From positions 42,718,001 through 42,782,000 of the forward strand of contig CAIIXF020000001.1 of assembly GCA_903813345.2 (NCBI GenBank): DNA of 64,000 nucleotides, written 5' to 3'. Made by a program: the position numbers and the translations under genes. Under the pieces are notes generated by a model. That model ran no database searches. It was given only the letters and a program-made list of their open reading frames with translations, and was not told the origin of the DNA. This document shows positions 1-14,300 of the stretch, in pieces. Numbering within the stretch: the stretch's first letter is position 1; the number at the start of each line of letters is the position of its first letter. Source of the DNA: Owenia fusiformis. Taxonomy: Eukaryota.

Positions 1-790
1 TTAGCAGTCTACAGAGAGAAGGCAGCTGTTCTACTGCACTGGATAAAATGTTCATTTTTATTTCATCTATAATCACAACATTAAAATAAGAATTGGTACT
101 ATGATCATATAGAGTCAATTCATCATTTCGCAGAAAGACAATGCATTTGGATGACTGCAATTTTTAAGTAGGATTTTTGCTAAGAACCATTCCATTTTAA
201 TCAATAGGTGTGAAGTACACATACCAGTATATGGATAGAAAGGAAGCCTCAACACAACTTAGTTTATATCTATCACAAATTCATTTTCAAAAATGACTGT
301 TAGTTCTGCACCAAGTGCTCATGCTATCTGCACCGAGTTTCTTTTGTGGATCCATTCTGCATAGGGTGTTTATATCAGAACTCCCTCATTAATCATAAAA
401 ATAATCAATTACCACTTAAGATAAAAATGTCAGTTAAAAAATGATTATAACATTTATTCTGTATAAAAATGACTGAGCTGAAGATAATTTGGTATAAATA
501 CAAAATACAACATCCTCTTGTTCTGTTAATCAAAAGAACTCATTCATTTCTGTCAGACATTTATAACAATATAAATTCTAAGGAATATATATTTAACACA
601 AATTGACAGTGTACAATCATTATTTCCTGATAAGTTTAGAAAATGTTTTATAAATGTATAAAATATTGTAGAAACAAACCTACCAACGCCTGGTAAATAC
701 AAAATGAAAAATATAGTTTGACAGTATATGACGCTAAATTTTAATTCATAAGATGCAAAATCATTTAGTTAACTACATGTATATACTAAA

Positions 791-981
791 TACAGTAAAA
801 CCTGTCTTAGTGAACACCCCTCTCTCTCTCTAGTGAACACTAGTCTCTAGTGGACACCCTTCCTTCACACATACTCTACTGACTTCTTGATAAATTACCA
901 TCTATTAAATAGTTAACACCTACCAGCACTGTATATTTCTTCTAAGCAAAAAAATGTTCAATATGCATAGGTTTTACTCTA
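791..981. mobile_element. Degenerate Tc1/pogo-like MITE downstream of the PLEKHM2 stop codon
   Basis: TACAGTAAAACCT...AGGTTTTACTCTA. Confidence 0.6.
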
Positions 982-2274
982 TTTGATTGGTTGTGCAGTA
1001 GTAAACTACATGTATGTGTAGTATTTACTGTATTTATACATGCATGTGCATTTCTTTACTCTGTATATGTATCATTCTTAAGTATATGTAAGTGTGGAAG
1101 TTAATAACATGTTTGTGCAGTAGTAAACTACATTTACATTTGGTAGTTAACAACATATCGTATATGTGGTAAGTATCTTAACAAATACATACAGTTTATG
1201 TATAGTCATAATATTGTAAGTAATACAGTTAGGGATATCTAATATCGCTTCGATGACAGGCACTACATACAATCGATTAACAGGCTTATATCTAATTGAG
1301 CTAAAAATCTTACTGCACTAATACAATTACATGTCAATATTTAAATAAATAACAGGCCAATATTCAATTAAATAACAGGTAGTTATTCCATTAATTTAAA
1401 GGTCAGTATTGCACATACAGGCCAATATTTAATGGATTTAAAACTGAAATAGGGAGTAAGTTCCAACAATGTCAATACTTTTACAGTTTTGGAAAAGCAA
1501 AGTTATGATTTACCCTAACCCCGCCCCCATTCCAGACCCCCCCCCCCCACCCTGATATAACCAAATTTGAAAATATTGATTTTAACTTGCAATCAACTAA
1601 ATTCTTAAAAGTCAAAACCCTTCACTTATGAAATCATCATTTAACCAGGCCTCCCTTAAAGGGGCAACAAGGTATGTAGAGAGAAAATAGGAAATTCTTC
1701 TGAGCTATCACGGCAACATTTGGCTTAACATCTTCTTTGACTTTGACATACCTAATTTCTTAAAATGTATGGATAAACTATCAATTTCAGCATTAAGAAG
1801 TGTAAATTCAGAAAAGGGGAAATCCACTTTTAAGATCCATCATATTTCAAGAGGAATATCAGCTGAAATAATTTTTTATCTGGGGGGTTTCTTTGTACCA
1901 GTAGATAATAAAAATAGATGTAAGTCTTGATGAAATATCCAAACTATATTTTGACACTAGGCGATGATTGTTGAATGGCCCCTCTGTACTAATTGTTGCA
2001 CCTTTAAAAAATTATCTTTGTTCTTTCACAACTATTGACAATTGGACACCATCCCCTTCAGTTCAATATTTAATCAGATTATAAGCAATCATTCTATTGA
2101 GTTACAGCAAGGTCAATATCCACTTAAGTTCCACACTATGCTGTACATCAATGTTCTACATAAGGCTAGTCATTCATCAGTCTATGTTCATTGTAAGGCC
2201 TGATCATTATATTCGAATGCAACATCTGCTTCCAGGTATTTGTTTCACCCCTTGTCATTATGCCAGAGCCCATC

Positions 2275-2394
2275 CTAAAATGTCTTAAGAGCTTGTGCAA
2301 TATCACCATAGATGAGTTGTCGTATTTGTTTGACTTGTTCCCGACACTGTTTCTGCACTGAGATATCACACAGTTGAGTTACAGGCACTGCAAC
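2275..2394 (-). CDS. PLEKHM2: PLEKHM2 last coding exon 17 (VAVPVTQLCDISVQKQC...ALKTF*)
   Basis: TTTCAG acceptor, 39 codons plus TAG; positional match to the human last exon (VDLPHTAIQE...). Confidence 0.8.
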   Translation of the reverse strand, partial: VAVPVTQLCDISVQKQCREQVKQIRQLIYGDIAQALKTF

Positions 2395-5300
2395 CTGAAA
2401 GAATAACCACAAATAATCTCATAATTCATGGAATGAGTCGAAGATCAAGAGCAAAATTGCATCAACAGTTCTATTAATAGCGAAGCATGTTAATTTTGGT
2501 TAATTTTTATTTTGTTTAAATTATCATGTGTAAAACCATGGGCTTTCAACTCATGGTAAAGCCCATGGTAAAACTGTCAATAATTTCACCATTTGATGAT
2601 GTATAATATATCGTTTTTGAAAGACTGAAAAAAACTAGCAAGATCAGTTTGATCATATGATATTTGTGTATTCTCATCATTTAAATATGTCTGACTTCCC
2701 TTGAAGTTGCATAGGTAGCTAATGCCAAACATATAATAGTAAACAAACAAAAAATGCATGATCTCTATTAAGCTAGACCTAGTTGATCTTGAGTCATTGG
2801 TTCTGGTTGATGAAAAATATCAATTTCACTTTTTAATTGAGATACAATATTGCTAATCTTCAGTATTCAGTATTGCAATTCAGGTCTATATTTCACAGTG
2901 CATATGGCATGTTCTCTGTATTATATTCTGAATGTGCATATATGTAATCTGTCAAATGCACAGTATTATATTAAAAGGGATGGTCTAAATATGTTACACT
3001 CTCTAGTCTCAAGGTCATCCTTTCCTACCACATTCACAAATTCTTTTAATGCTGAAACTTGATTATAACCTCAAATGTTAGTCCAGCAAGGTATCATTGT
3101 TTGAATGAACCCTCATGTAATATGTTTTAACATAACAGTGTACATCTAAATATCCGGAGTAATATTGTAATGCTTTTTTATGGATAATTAGATCAGATCT
3201 CATACTAATACTTTCTAAGGGGTCTGGCATGGTCTGTAGTTTGTTAATGTTGCCCTTTGATCTCTATCCTTAGGGTGAATAGATTATAAAGTGCAATGAG
3301 TTGGATTCAATGATAGAATCAAAGCATGAAATGATTCCCAATGATTTTAAACAATACATTTTGACCTCCTTTCTAATTATACCCTGCTTGCAGAGTCTAG
3401 TTAAACTACACGAAGACGAAGCTCTCTTTTAATGAATGCAAGGGGTATTCTAATTAGTGAAAGCAGTTGAAAAATATCTTAGATTCCTGCCATTTAACAC
3501 AGCATTCCAGCATGTTGCATTGAGATAATGTATCATGCATCCATAAAACATAAACAAAATAAAAAATCAAATATTTCTTTGCATTAAAAACATATTAATA
3601 TTGTAATTTTATGTATAAGGCAACATACTAAAATGGCAGCCATTTTGAAACCAGATTCCGAAATTAATTCATGAACAGAGCAGAAGGGCATATAAGCATA
3701 ACATATAAACAATATCGGACAAAGGGTATTTGAATTATTGCCTGGACAGATGAACATGTGATGAACATGTGGATTGACATGTGGATGGGCACATGTACAG
3801 ATGGATGGATCAAGGCACTCGCGGTATCTCTCAAATTTTGCTGGATGTGATAATTATAATATAGTTATTGCTTATTATTCTGAAATATGAATGCATGACC
3901 CTTTACTTTGTTCCATTTATTGGCTTCATGTATCAGGTGACATTCATTAAGATTGGCTTTGTTGGATAACTTGGTAAATGTAAATGTTCAATATTACTAA
4001 CAAGATTACTCAGTACTCAAATACAGCCACAGACGACCTAAATATCAAAAATCAACCTATATCAGGTATACAAAGCGAAATGCACACCTTTAATTGAAAC
4101 CAGTTCAATCTGCCTTGAAAGCTATATTTGGTAAATGAAACATAGAAGAGCATTTAATGAGACAACAGTTGATGAGCAAAGCCGGGTGGCAAAGCCCAGA
4201 CTAATGTTCAAATCAATTGATCCGCACACAGTTTCCTGTCACATGTTTCCTAAAGCAAGAAATCTAAATTATACAAATCATCACTGACGGATTGAAAGCT
4301 TTAAAGAGCTTCAACAACCAGATTTATATCTATTTATAGAAAAGATTCTAATGCGGGAGAATTTAGATTTGATGCATTTAAGCAAATCGAAGTTATTACT
4401 TAAAATGACACCTCAGATGAAGTTGACTTTAGATTCTCGGGTAGCCATGACAACCATCGACACTATCAATGTGAATGTCACAAGATTTATGAATATGTAA
4501 CCGCAAGCCTAACTCTTTGAATAATAGCTTATTCATTAGTTCACTTAACAATGTACAATGTATTTCAAGGTACAAAATGTAATTCTTCGAACTCTTAAAT
4601 TTTCTCGTTTTAAAGCAATTTTACCTCATTGGAACTCAAACAAAAATATCATAAACCATGAAAACCAAAAACCTAATAAAAAAAGATTGTCTGATAAACA
4701 GTATGTGGTAAAAGTAAAAAGGTAAATCTGAATATAACTTTATTCACTGTAATGAGTGACACTGTACCTCAAATACAATTATGTCACATTGTCCCAAGAG
4801 CAGTGAGATATGATTAAAACAAATTCTTGATTTGAGCAGAGTGAACACTTTTTCTTTGATCAACTGATTTTAAGTATTATCCAAATGGCAAACATCCATA
4901 TCATCTGTGGCAATCGCGTCACTCATTTCAATCATGCTTACAATTACTCGAAAGTCACTTTGACGAGCTTAACTCGCAGACACTTAGCAATATGACATTA
5001 TTCAAATTCAAAAACACCCTGAAGAATTTGTATCTTATTACATAACACATGACTGCTTTTAATAAGAACAGTAAAGCAATCTCTACGGGAGACTGCAGAG
5101 ATAACAACCCATAATGTAAAATCACAGAAACTGAGCAACATAGATGCCTGAAGACATCCATATACTAAAGGGATAATTATGTTTAATAACCTATATGGAA
5201 TATATGATGGATGGACAGCTGTCATATTTATTGATATAGGTGCCATAAATCCCAGAGAGTATCAGGTTACTTTATCATTTATTAATATGTTCCATGACGT

Positions 5301-8300
5301 TAATCTAATGTGATAAATGCATTCATGTTCGTGTTTTACTACTCTTTATTCATTTTCATTATGATTTGAGTTGGATATTGTATTATTTTCTCATTTAAAA
5401 CAATAGGACTATATTCAGTAGGCTGGGTTATTATATAGAGAAACATTTTGTAACGATTGTCAAACTGTGAAATACAGTGTATCTGAGGGATAAGTATATC
5501 TTAAAGGAATTGTATGCGATAAAAATGACAAAATATTGCTTCTGGAACAAGATCAAATGACTTTTACATATTCTTTACCCTACCTATTTTGTAATTTAAC
5601 AATCAACACAAGTTTACATACAAGGAATTCATAAAAATATTTTTTGATCGATAAAATTGTGGATTATAAAACCGGAAATCATAAATCATAAAATCTTGGT
5701 CTTAATTCCTTAAATATAACGCCCATGTATCTCAGGAACTATCAGAAACGCTGTGTCTTGTTTTCAAAGTGATCACAGTGCAAGGTATCTGAGAATGCAC
5801 TGTGCTTTGAGATTCTGTGTCCATATATCTGGGAATGTACCATGCCTTGGAATACTGTACCCATTCAAATGCTGTGCCCATGTACCTAATCATGTACTAT
5901 ACTATAAAATGCTGTGCCTATATATCTATTATCTAAGCATATAATGTGCTCTGAAATGCCGTTCCTATGTATCTAAGCATGAACTGTTGCTGGAAATGCA
6001 TCTCAGCCTGTACTTTAGTTGAAAATGCTGCGCCTATGTATCTAAACATGAACTGTACCTTGAAGAGATGTTCCTATGTATCTAAGGATGTAATATTCTT
6101 TGAAATGCTTTACTCACGTTTCTGAGATTGTACTTTGAAACAATGTGCCTCTGTATGTATGCAAAGGGTATGTAAGCATGTACTGTACTCTGAAATGCTC
6201 TGCCTATGTATCCAAGTATTTAAGTTTGTGCAATACTTTGAAGTGCTGTTCCCATGTATTTGAAATACATTACATAGAAATAATGTGCCCATGTTTCGAA
6301 GCATGTACAGTGCTTTGAAATAATGTGCCAATACATATTAGCATGTACTGCTTTTTGAAATGAGATCATGTATCTATTCATATACAGTACCTTAAAATGC
6401 TCTGCCCATGTCTCTGAAAGGGTCTGAGTAAATCTGTTTCTTTCTTCCTGACAGTTGAAGTAAACAACCCACTGTTCTTTACTCACGGAGCTATCGCTAG
6501 ATTCAAAATCCTGAAAACAGACAACAAAGTTTTTCTAAAATAATATATTTGAATTGATTCTAATATTAAAATAGGAAGGTATGACTGTTGGATTAAAGAC
6601 AGGACACTTTTGTTTTGAAAATGATGTATCATGGCATCACCATCTTCTGCTATCCCCACAGTTCATTCAACAATATCATTACCTTGTTCTATGGTTAATT
6701 CATTCGCTTAATATTCACCTACGTAGTTATCAAAAGGATCAAAATGAGATATTATGATAAACAATGTGAAAAACAATGTCCTATTTATCAGAATTTGACA
6801 AACTATCAGCACACACAACACTTCCTCACATCATCAATCTCGCTTACCTTTAGATAAATAAACGTTTGTTTTCATTGATATCGCATGATATTTAGTGTTT
6901 TTCATAATATTTGTTTGGCGGCGAATGACCTTTTGAGTAAGGATATATCATGAGGAGTAGCATGACGAGTGATATCAATTTCATCTATAAATGATGGTAT
7001 ATTGTACATTACTTTTGTCCTTTAATTGTAAGACGTGCTCTACAAAACGTCATAACTATCTTCTTATCATTCATCAACACCTATTAATGTATCTATTCGT
7101 GTACATGCTATGAAACCCTTTGCCATTGTTATTAATGCATGTGACAATGGAGGCACATGCGGCCTGTCATGTATTACTATGTGTACAGAATTCGGATCGA
7201 TTTCATAACAACAGATTACAGAAAATAGTAAAACAATAATAATGACATTTTCAATGTTGTTGTCGATCAAGGTCATAGTCAAATATCGAGTTGGAACCCT
7301 GGGAACCAATCCTCCTTGTGGATCGACTGATAATATTTCCTTTTACTGGACATATTTGTATCAGACACACAAGGGAAAATTGATCCTCTTACACTGATGA
7401 ATATTCAAGTTTAAGGGAACTTCCTACTATATCTGTCATGTGATCTGACCCGAATTAGCCATCTGTTGGGGAAACTGTTAACTACCAACTGACATCTAGG
7501 TTTAAAAATATCATCTGGCAAGATTAACTTGAAAGGTTAACTTGAAAAGGTTGTCTTGACCGCCTTATTTCAAAGGAACAATACTTGACAGGCTTGACAG
7601 TTTAAGACCAAACACGGTTCACTTAATAATGTTAACTTAAGAAGGTTACTGTGTTCTGTGTTATTCAGATTGCCCAACAGGACAGTTTAATTAATTATAT
7701 TTAAGCCCCCTGCACACCTTAATGTCATAAAAACCATGACAGATCATGGCAATGTAGATTTACTACCAGCCCATACATCATAATTCTTATTTAAAAATGA
7801 TGTAATTAGTTTTACCTTAAGCCGACGTTTGAAGACAAATTAGGGTGACCCCCCAGTGCTCTTTATCCCACATGGAGAAAGCAGTGAACATATTACTAAT
7901 TTGGATGAGTCAAAATTGTGTAAACTGGAGAGAGGAAATTACAAGCTGTAAAGGAGACACGTGAAGGCTGTGATTGATGCCTTCTATATATGGAAGTGTC
8001 TTAGTGTATCCGTGAGTGTAAAGTGTTACTAGATAATAAATTTTTGATATGCACGATTGGTTATAAAATGTTCATTCAACTTGGAGCAATGATTTAAGGG
8101 TGCAATTTCTAAACTATATGTTAGGTATTCTATTTTCTTTGTTGGTGATTCAGATTCGGGGACTTTATACTTCACAATTTGGCAAACAAACCATCGAGTA
8201 GCACAGGGAAATCATTTATTTTACATTGAGTCAATTACCATGAATCAATGTCAAGGGGTATTGTACTACATATATTAGTGTCATGTTCCTCATCTGATGC

Positions 8301-11300
8301 ATTCCAGCATGTCCTATGATGCTATTTAAGGTCAATGTGATCTTCAAAGTGATTTAGATAGAGACTTCCTAATACTCTTTGGCTCATCAACATTGTCTTT
8401 TACAGGGGAATGAGCAAGAGAGTGGCAGAATAATTTACAATTTACGGTAAAGTGTGAGTTTGACGAACCCTAAATGATCTTAAGCATCACAGGCTTAAGT
8501 ATAAAAATGTCAGTATAACACAACTAATGAATTCTATCGTCTTGATACACATTGTACAAAATTGAATGTTGAAAAGTTTTAATATAAATCTGAATTTTGA
8601 TATAACGTAGGTATAAATACCATAATCCAACACAAAATGAGACCATTACGACAAATAATTTTATCAACTATGAAATTCTTATATGAGGGGTGATCAATAA
8701 GTATAAATGAACGCTTTTTTACACAAATGTTTTTTATAGATCAATCTCTTTGATTTTTTTCCAGTGATACATTATTCAATTACCTATCAACTCTGATGAT
8801 TTGAAGACAAAATATGTAATATATCTTTATTTCTTTGAATATAGGTACCCTGGAAGCGGCATCATATCACACATTCTGAAGCTATTTTATCTCATTTAAC
8901 ATGCAATGCAGTTAAATGCAGGTTGAACGAAACAAAGCATGATGGTAATTAATTTCACCATTTCAATATGCAATAATTGATTTGGGATATTTTGTAATCA
9001 CTATGTGCCATTCATGCCACCTTCATTCTACAGGGCTCTCTACATAGGTTCCATCAAGTCCTACACACTTCCTCATCGTCCTCTTAACCCAAGATTGAAA
9101 GACATGGCAGAGTTCATTTTCTGACATGGTAGCAAGCTGCAGTTACACAGCTTGCTTTACTTCATCAAACCTGTCACTGAACCTGCATCCTTTCTCTATA
9201 GAAATAAGTAGTATAGAAATAAATAAGTCATAAATAAATAAGTAGGTGTCAAACATTTTGCAGAGTTATATGGAACCTCACACTATAATCATGTGAAAAC
9301 CCACAAGGCATCTACATAACAAATGTGACCATCTGGTTACACATAATTAGTCAAAAATGCGTAACAATTTGTTACAGACTCTGATTGTCTAGTGCCATTC
9401 AGCAAACACTTGAATTGAAAAAACACTTGAATTGAATGTTGACCAATGACCATCAGTAACAAAATGTGGAGCCTTTAACAAATAACAACAATATGGTACG
9501 ACTTAATAGGTTGGAGACTTCAGAAGAGTTTCCCGTAGGTGACCATTATAACATTTTACCCTGTATCTCATTAACGGTTAGCATCCAAGCCTAGTGCAAC
9601 ATACCACAGTGTTCGGGAGACTTGCCTAGCCTGCTATAACAAACTTGCCATGGGCTGTCCGCCGAATTTTTGAGATAAATTCACCAAGGTCAAAATCACT
9701 CCACTGCTAACTTAAAATAAGATTTCCAACTCGACTTTGACATGTTTTTAGCTAAATTAGGACCTACTGTATGAATATTGAGCCCCAATTCACTTATCAA
9801 ACACCAGATGGCGCTCTGATGAGGTAGGGAAGGAAAAAAATGACTTTTTGTACAGAAAAACAAATCACTAACGATAACTGCTAGTATCCTTACACAGGAC
9901 TATATTCTTAATGGTAACATAATGGATCAGTACATGCTGTTGGGCTAGATGAGTATTTCCTGTATTGACTATCTGAACAATCAATGGACAGTGAGGAGTG
10001 AACGACCCCTCCATCCCCCCACCTTCCCTCTTGACCAGGCTGGGATGAAGTAAGGGGGTGTGTAGCACTCTAACGTATGCCTAGGAATTAACTTACGAGT
10101 ATGACATATGTAGCTGCACCCGTATCCTGGAGTAGCTGAGAGACATCTGTGACATCAGCACTTCCTAAGGTACGGAAGAAGTGGGTCTGAGGGTCTTCAT
10201 GACACATCAAGATCTTAGAATTGGTTAATACCAGACAACATGCCATACACTCATTGTTTTTCTTCTCAATCTGGAACATACATACATACATATAGTTGGT
10301 CAAGACAATACAAAATGTCATACACACATTTATGAAACTTTATGTGGGGTCATTGTGTACTTGTGATGCTACATATTTGAATAAATAACCTTATAATTTA
10401 TATTTTATATGGTTTTTGATGCGTTTTCTCAATGATAACATGCACAAAAATTGAATAATAATACATTTGTGGTAAACCTTTGTCTCATCTTACTGACATG
10501 TATAGTAATCCCCAAACTAAATTAGAATTAGTTATCTAATATCAGGGCTGAACAATTTTTTTTTATTAATAGACATAATACAAGAAAATACACCATAATT
10601 GATATTTGTCAAAGTGATCAAAATCTCCAGATGCTGAAATATGGACTATAAATACCAAAGGTAATTTCCATATCTACATAGGAGACTAATGAATCAAAAA
10701 TAATTTTCCTGGAACTATGTAGTATATGGCAGGAAACAATCTTGAAGGAAATCTATGCAGCCAATTCCCACAACCACCTGTGTATGATCTTTTGGTTTTA
10801 GTCCTGTATGATTTATTTTAAGCTCTATATATGATTTAACACTGTGTGAAAAAATCTACTAATGATGCTGATCTGTCATGTTGTTTCAGATACATTTTTA
10901 GGGCCGCCTTTCTAATACACACTGTACATATTACAAAAAATGGCACAATTCTGTGGGCTCCTGTGGTGACAAAACATAGACAGACAAACAGATGCATGGA
11001 TGAATGGAAAGATGGACAGACAGATGGATGGACAGACAGACATATCAAGTGAGCAATCCCATAGACACACCATGAGAGCCAATAATGAGCGTACATTAAT
11101 TAACCTTAAGAGGTTTGAAAAACATTTATGCTTGTTACTATTCAAGACATCTGTACTATTATAAAATATTCATTCAATAAGTAACCTAAACCAGATCTGT
11201 TCAAAAACTATGAAATGAACGTCATTATGTACAGAAATAAGCCAAGAGGGATGGGAAAGGAATTAATATTTCAGTTATGATAAATTGGTTTAATTTTCAA

Positions 11301-14300
11301 TGCATTCAAGGTGCTCAAGAGTACATCCTGTTGTTTCTCAATGGAATCATATCTTACTTGATGTAAAATGATGGTTTAAATTAAACCACATAATGATTTT
11401 TCTGTATGGTTTGGTGAAATTGTGTAGAATTTACGAATTTTGCATTTCCATTAAATATATTTAATATTTGGGCATGTGCTTTTCCATTCCTTAACAATTC
11501 TATTCTTATATTACAATTTCTCATTTTTTTAAAAAAAAACTTCATTATACATTATTTAAAGGTTTACTACTTTTGGCCCTAATTGTTGGCTTTTGTTTCT
11601 AGAAGTATTGCACATTGGGGACCTACCAGGTGTTGGTTGCTTCAGATTATTTTCTGAATTATTCACCCCTAGGGGTTATGTAAAGCACATGTTTGTAAAA
11701 TTAGACAACCAATTATTGTCATGCAATGGTTTATCTAGGGTTCATTTTTTAAACTTTTGATTCAGAAATGAAACTTAAAGTAATTAAGTCAAGTTTACAT
11801 TCAAAATTACATAAAATGGTTCAGTTCAAAATATAATCTGAAAAAATGTCATGTAGGCCTCTAGAAGAATATTGGATGCTTTGATCTAGTAATGTTCACA
11901 AAGGGAATAGAAGTCAAGTTTCTCCTTTACTTGTATGTTTAGCATGATTTTGGGGGATATTGACCAGTTGTTGAGGATTTTTACTTTACCCTTAAATGGC
12001 AAAGGAAAATCCTATAATATCTAAAGAAGAGGCTGGTGGATACAGGAGGTTTTAGATGACGCCACGCACAGCTACAATCTCCGAGCCTTTCGTCCATTGC
12101 AATCCCTTCCTCCTGTGCCTTACCTCATGCAGTTTTAAATTCGCGAAATTTACCCTTCTAAATATTTTGACCTGCTTCTTTGCGTTTGCTACTGATTTTA
12201 TTCGTTATATCTTATAAAATGTTTATTTCTAATATAGAAAGAATTCATTCATAAGAAAAATATTAGTAATTCGTAACAAACTGTTAAAAATGAAAACTTA
12301 GGAATTTGCAAGGACTTCCGATCAGAAATTGTTTATTCAAACCATTGCTATGCAGTTTGTTTTGAAGTGACGTCATCCCCATATTCGTAATTTTCATTGT
12401 CTAATAAATGAAAACCACATGTCGGTGTGATGTTTTAATCGATAAAATTGAATTTTTTACATATTTCTCTATCTTGTTACTAGATAACAAGTTATGATAT
12501 TGGTGAACTCGCTAGAAATTAACATAATATTATTTGAAGCATTTTCAGAAAATTTTGACACCGCTATCTTGAAAACGTGTAGTAATTTTGATTCCAGTGA
12601 TTATCTATCTTGACATTTTACAATTTGTTGCTCCGCGGAGATTTTTACCTAAAAACACATCAAATACAACGTAGATTACCAATTTCGATGGTAAAATCAT
12701 TTGTTAACGTTATAATATATGTTATATTAAAGTTTCGGGGTTGTTGCTAAAGTATTACAGATCGTACTAATTTCTGAAGCTTTCTAAGATCGTGCCCCGG
12801 AAATCTTAGGACTATTTTAACAATGTCAGAGAGGTAGTGAAGGTACGCAACAAACGAAATGAATTTTGAGAATGGCACAGCTAAATAAATGTTTTATTCA
12901 AACGTCAGAACAATTTAATGGTGGAAACCTTCAACACTTATGCATATTTCTGATGATGCATTCTAACGTTTACATTATTTTGCAATTGCCATAACTTGTC
13001 AATCTTAATGACAAAATATAGGAGAACTTATTGTATGCCAAATTCATCAAGACATGAAGATTGATGACATGGAGAAGTTCCAAAGTCAGATTTATTACCA
13101 TATATATAACAGCAATTTTTCACCCTTTGAATAATTTTCCAAAAAGTTAATTCAAGACAATTACATTGAACCTCCAGACATCATATATCAATGTAAAGTA
13201 CATTATGAAAGAGAAAAATTGCCAATGACTATTACATCCCATCAATTACATAGGAACACATAGTATATGTCATTCTGCTAGAACCATACAAAGTAAATTG
13301 AAGTCATTAATTATATATTGCACCTGATCTATATTTTTATCAATACAAGTGCAATGTATTTCCTCATTGATCTTCTTATTGTAAATATATTGTTTCCTTA
13401 ATTGTGATAATAAATCTGATATCTATATTTGAGTAGAAAAGGAAGTCGAAGAAATCTAAGACTAAGACGTTACATCTGCCCTCGTGTCTAGTCTGCCTCT
13501 GGGCCTTATCATTCAGTTTGGCCAACAAAATAATTCTCAAATCAGTAACGTTTTGTAATATACAAAATGATGCTTAGAAATATATTAAGTGACTCCACTA
13601 ATATACTAAACATGTAGGTAAGTGAAAATCATTTTTGTTCATTAATACCCTTTTATTGATTAATACTTTTCTTGAAATAATAAATTCCTTCCTGTTTTGT
13701 TAATGTTTATATAAAATCATTTGTTAATAGAAAAATAATCATAAATAAATAGTGCCATGGGTGCCGGGCTCACATGGTGAAAATGCATTCAAAAGACCAA
13801 TAAGAGTGGTGGCCATTTTAAAATCATATACAATAGTTCGCTAAAATTCAAGACATAATTGTTAATCTTTACAGTTAGCTGCTTGTAGAATTTCAAGCGA
13901 ATCAATGTAATACTTTTGGTGGCAGCCATTATGAATCCGTGTGACATGTTTGTCCAAAGGACGATTCTCGGTTTGGAGAACGAAGTTCATCAATCTAAAT
14001 GAGCATTATCCCTGCTTCGGACAAATTTGATTTTTTACATAATATAGATTTGAATGTCTTCTTTTGAATAATCATAATTTAATTTGGGTAATATTTCTGG
14101 ATTTTTCGCAAAAAAATATTAGCGCAGTACACTGATGAACTTCTTTCCCCAAATCGAGACTTGTATTTTATTGAATCGGTCTAATTGAGCATTATCCCTG
14201 CTTCAGACCAATTTGTTATTTTTACATCTTGTAGATTTAAATGTCCTCTTTTGAATATTCATAGTTTAATTTGGGTAATATTTCTATATTTTTCATGAAA

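Noticed and set aside
5720..6420. Regularly spaced repeats superficially like a CRISPR array
   Set aside because: Degenerate head-to-tail units without unique spacers; eukaryotic intron; no cas genes
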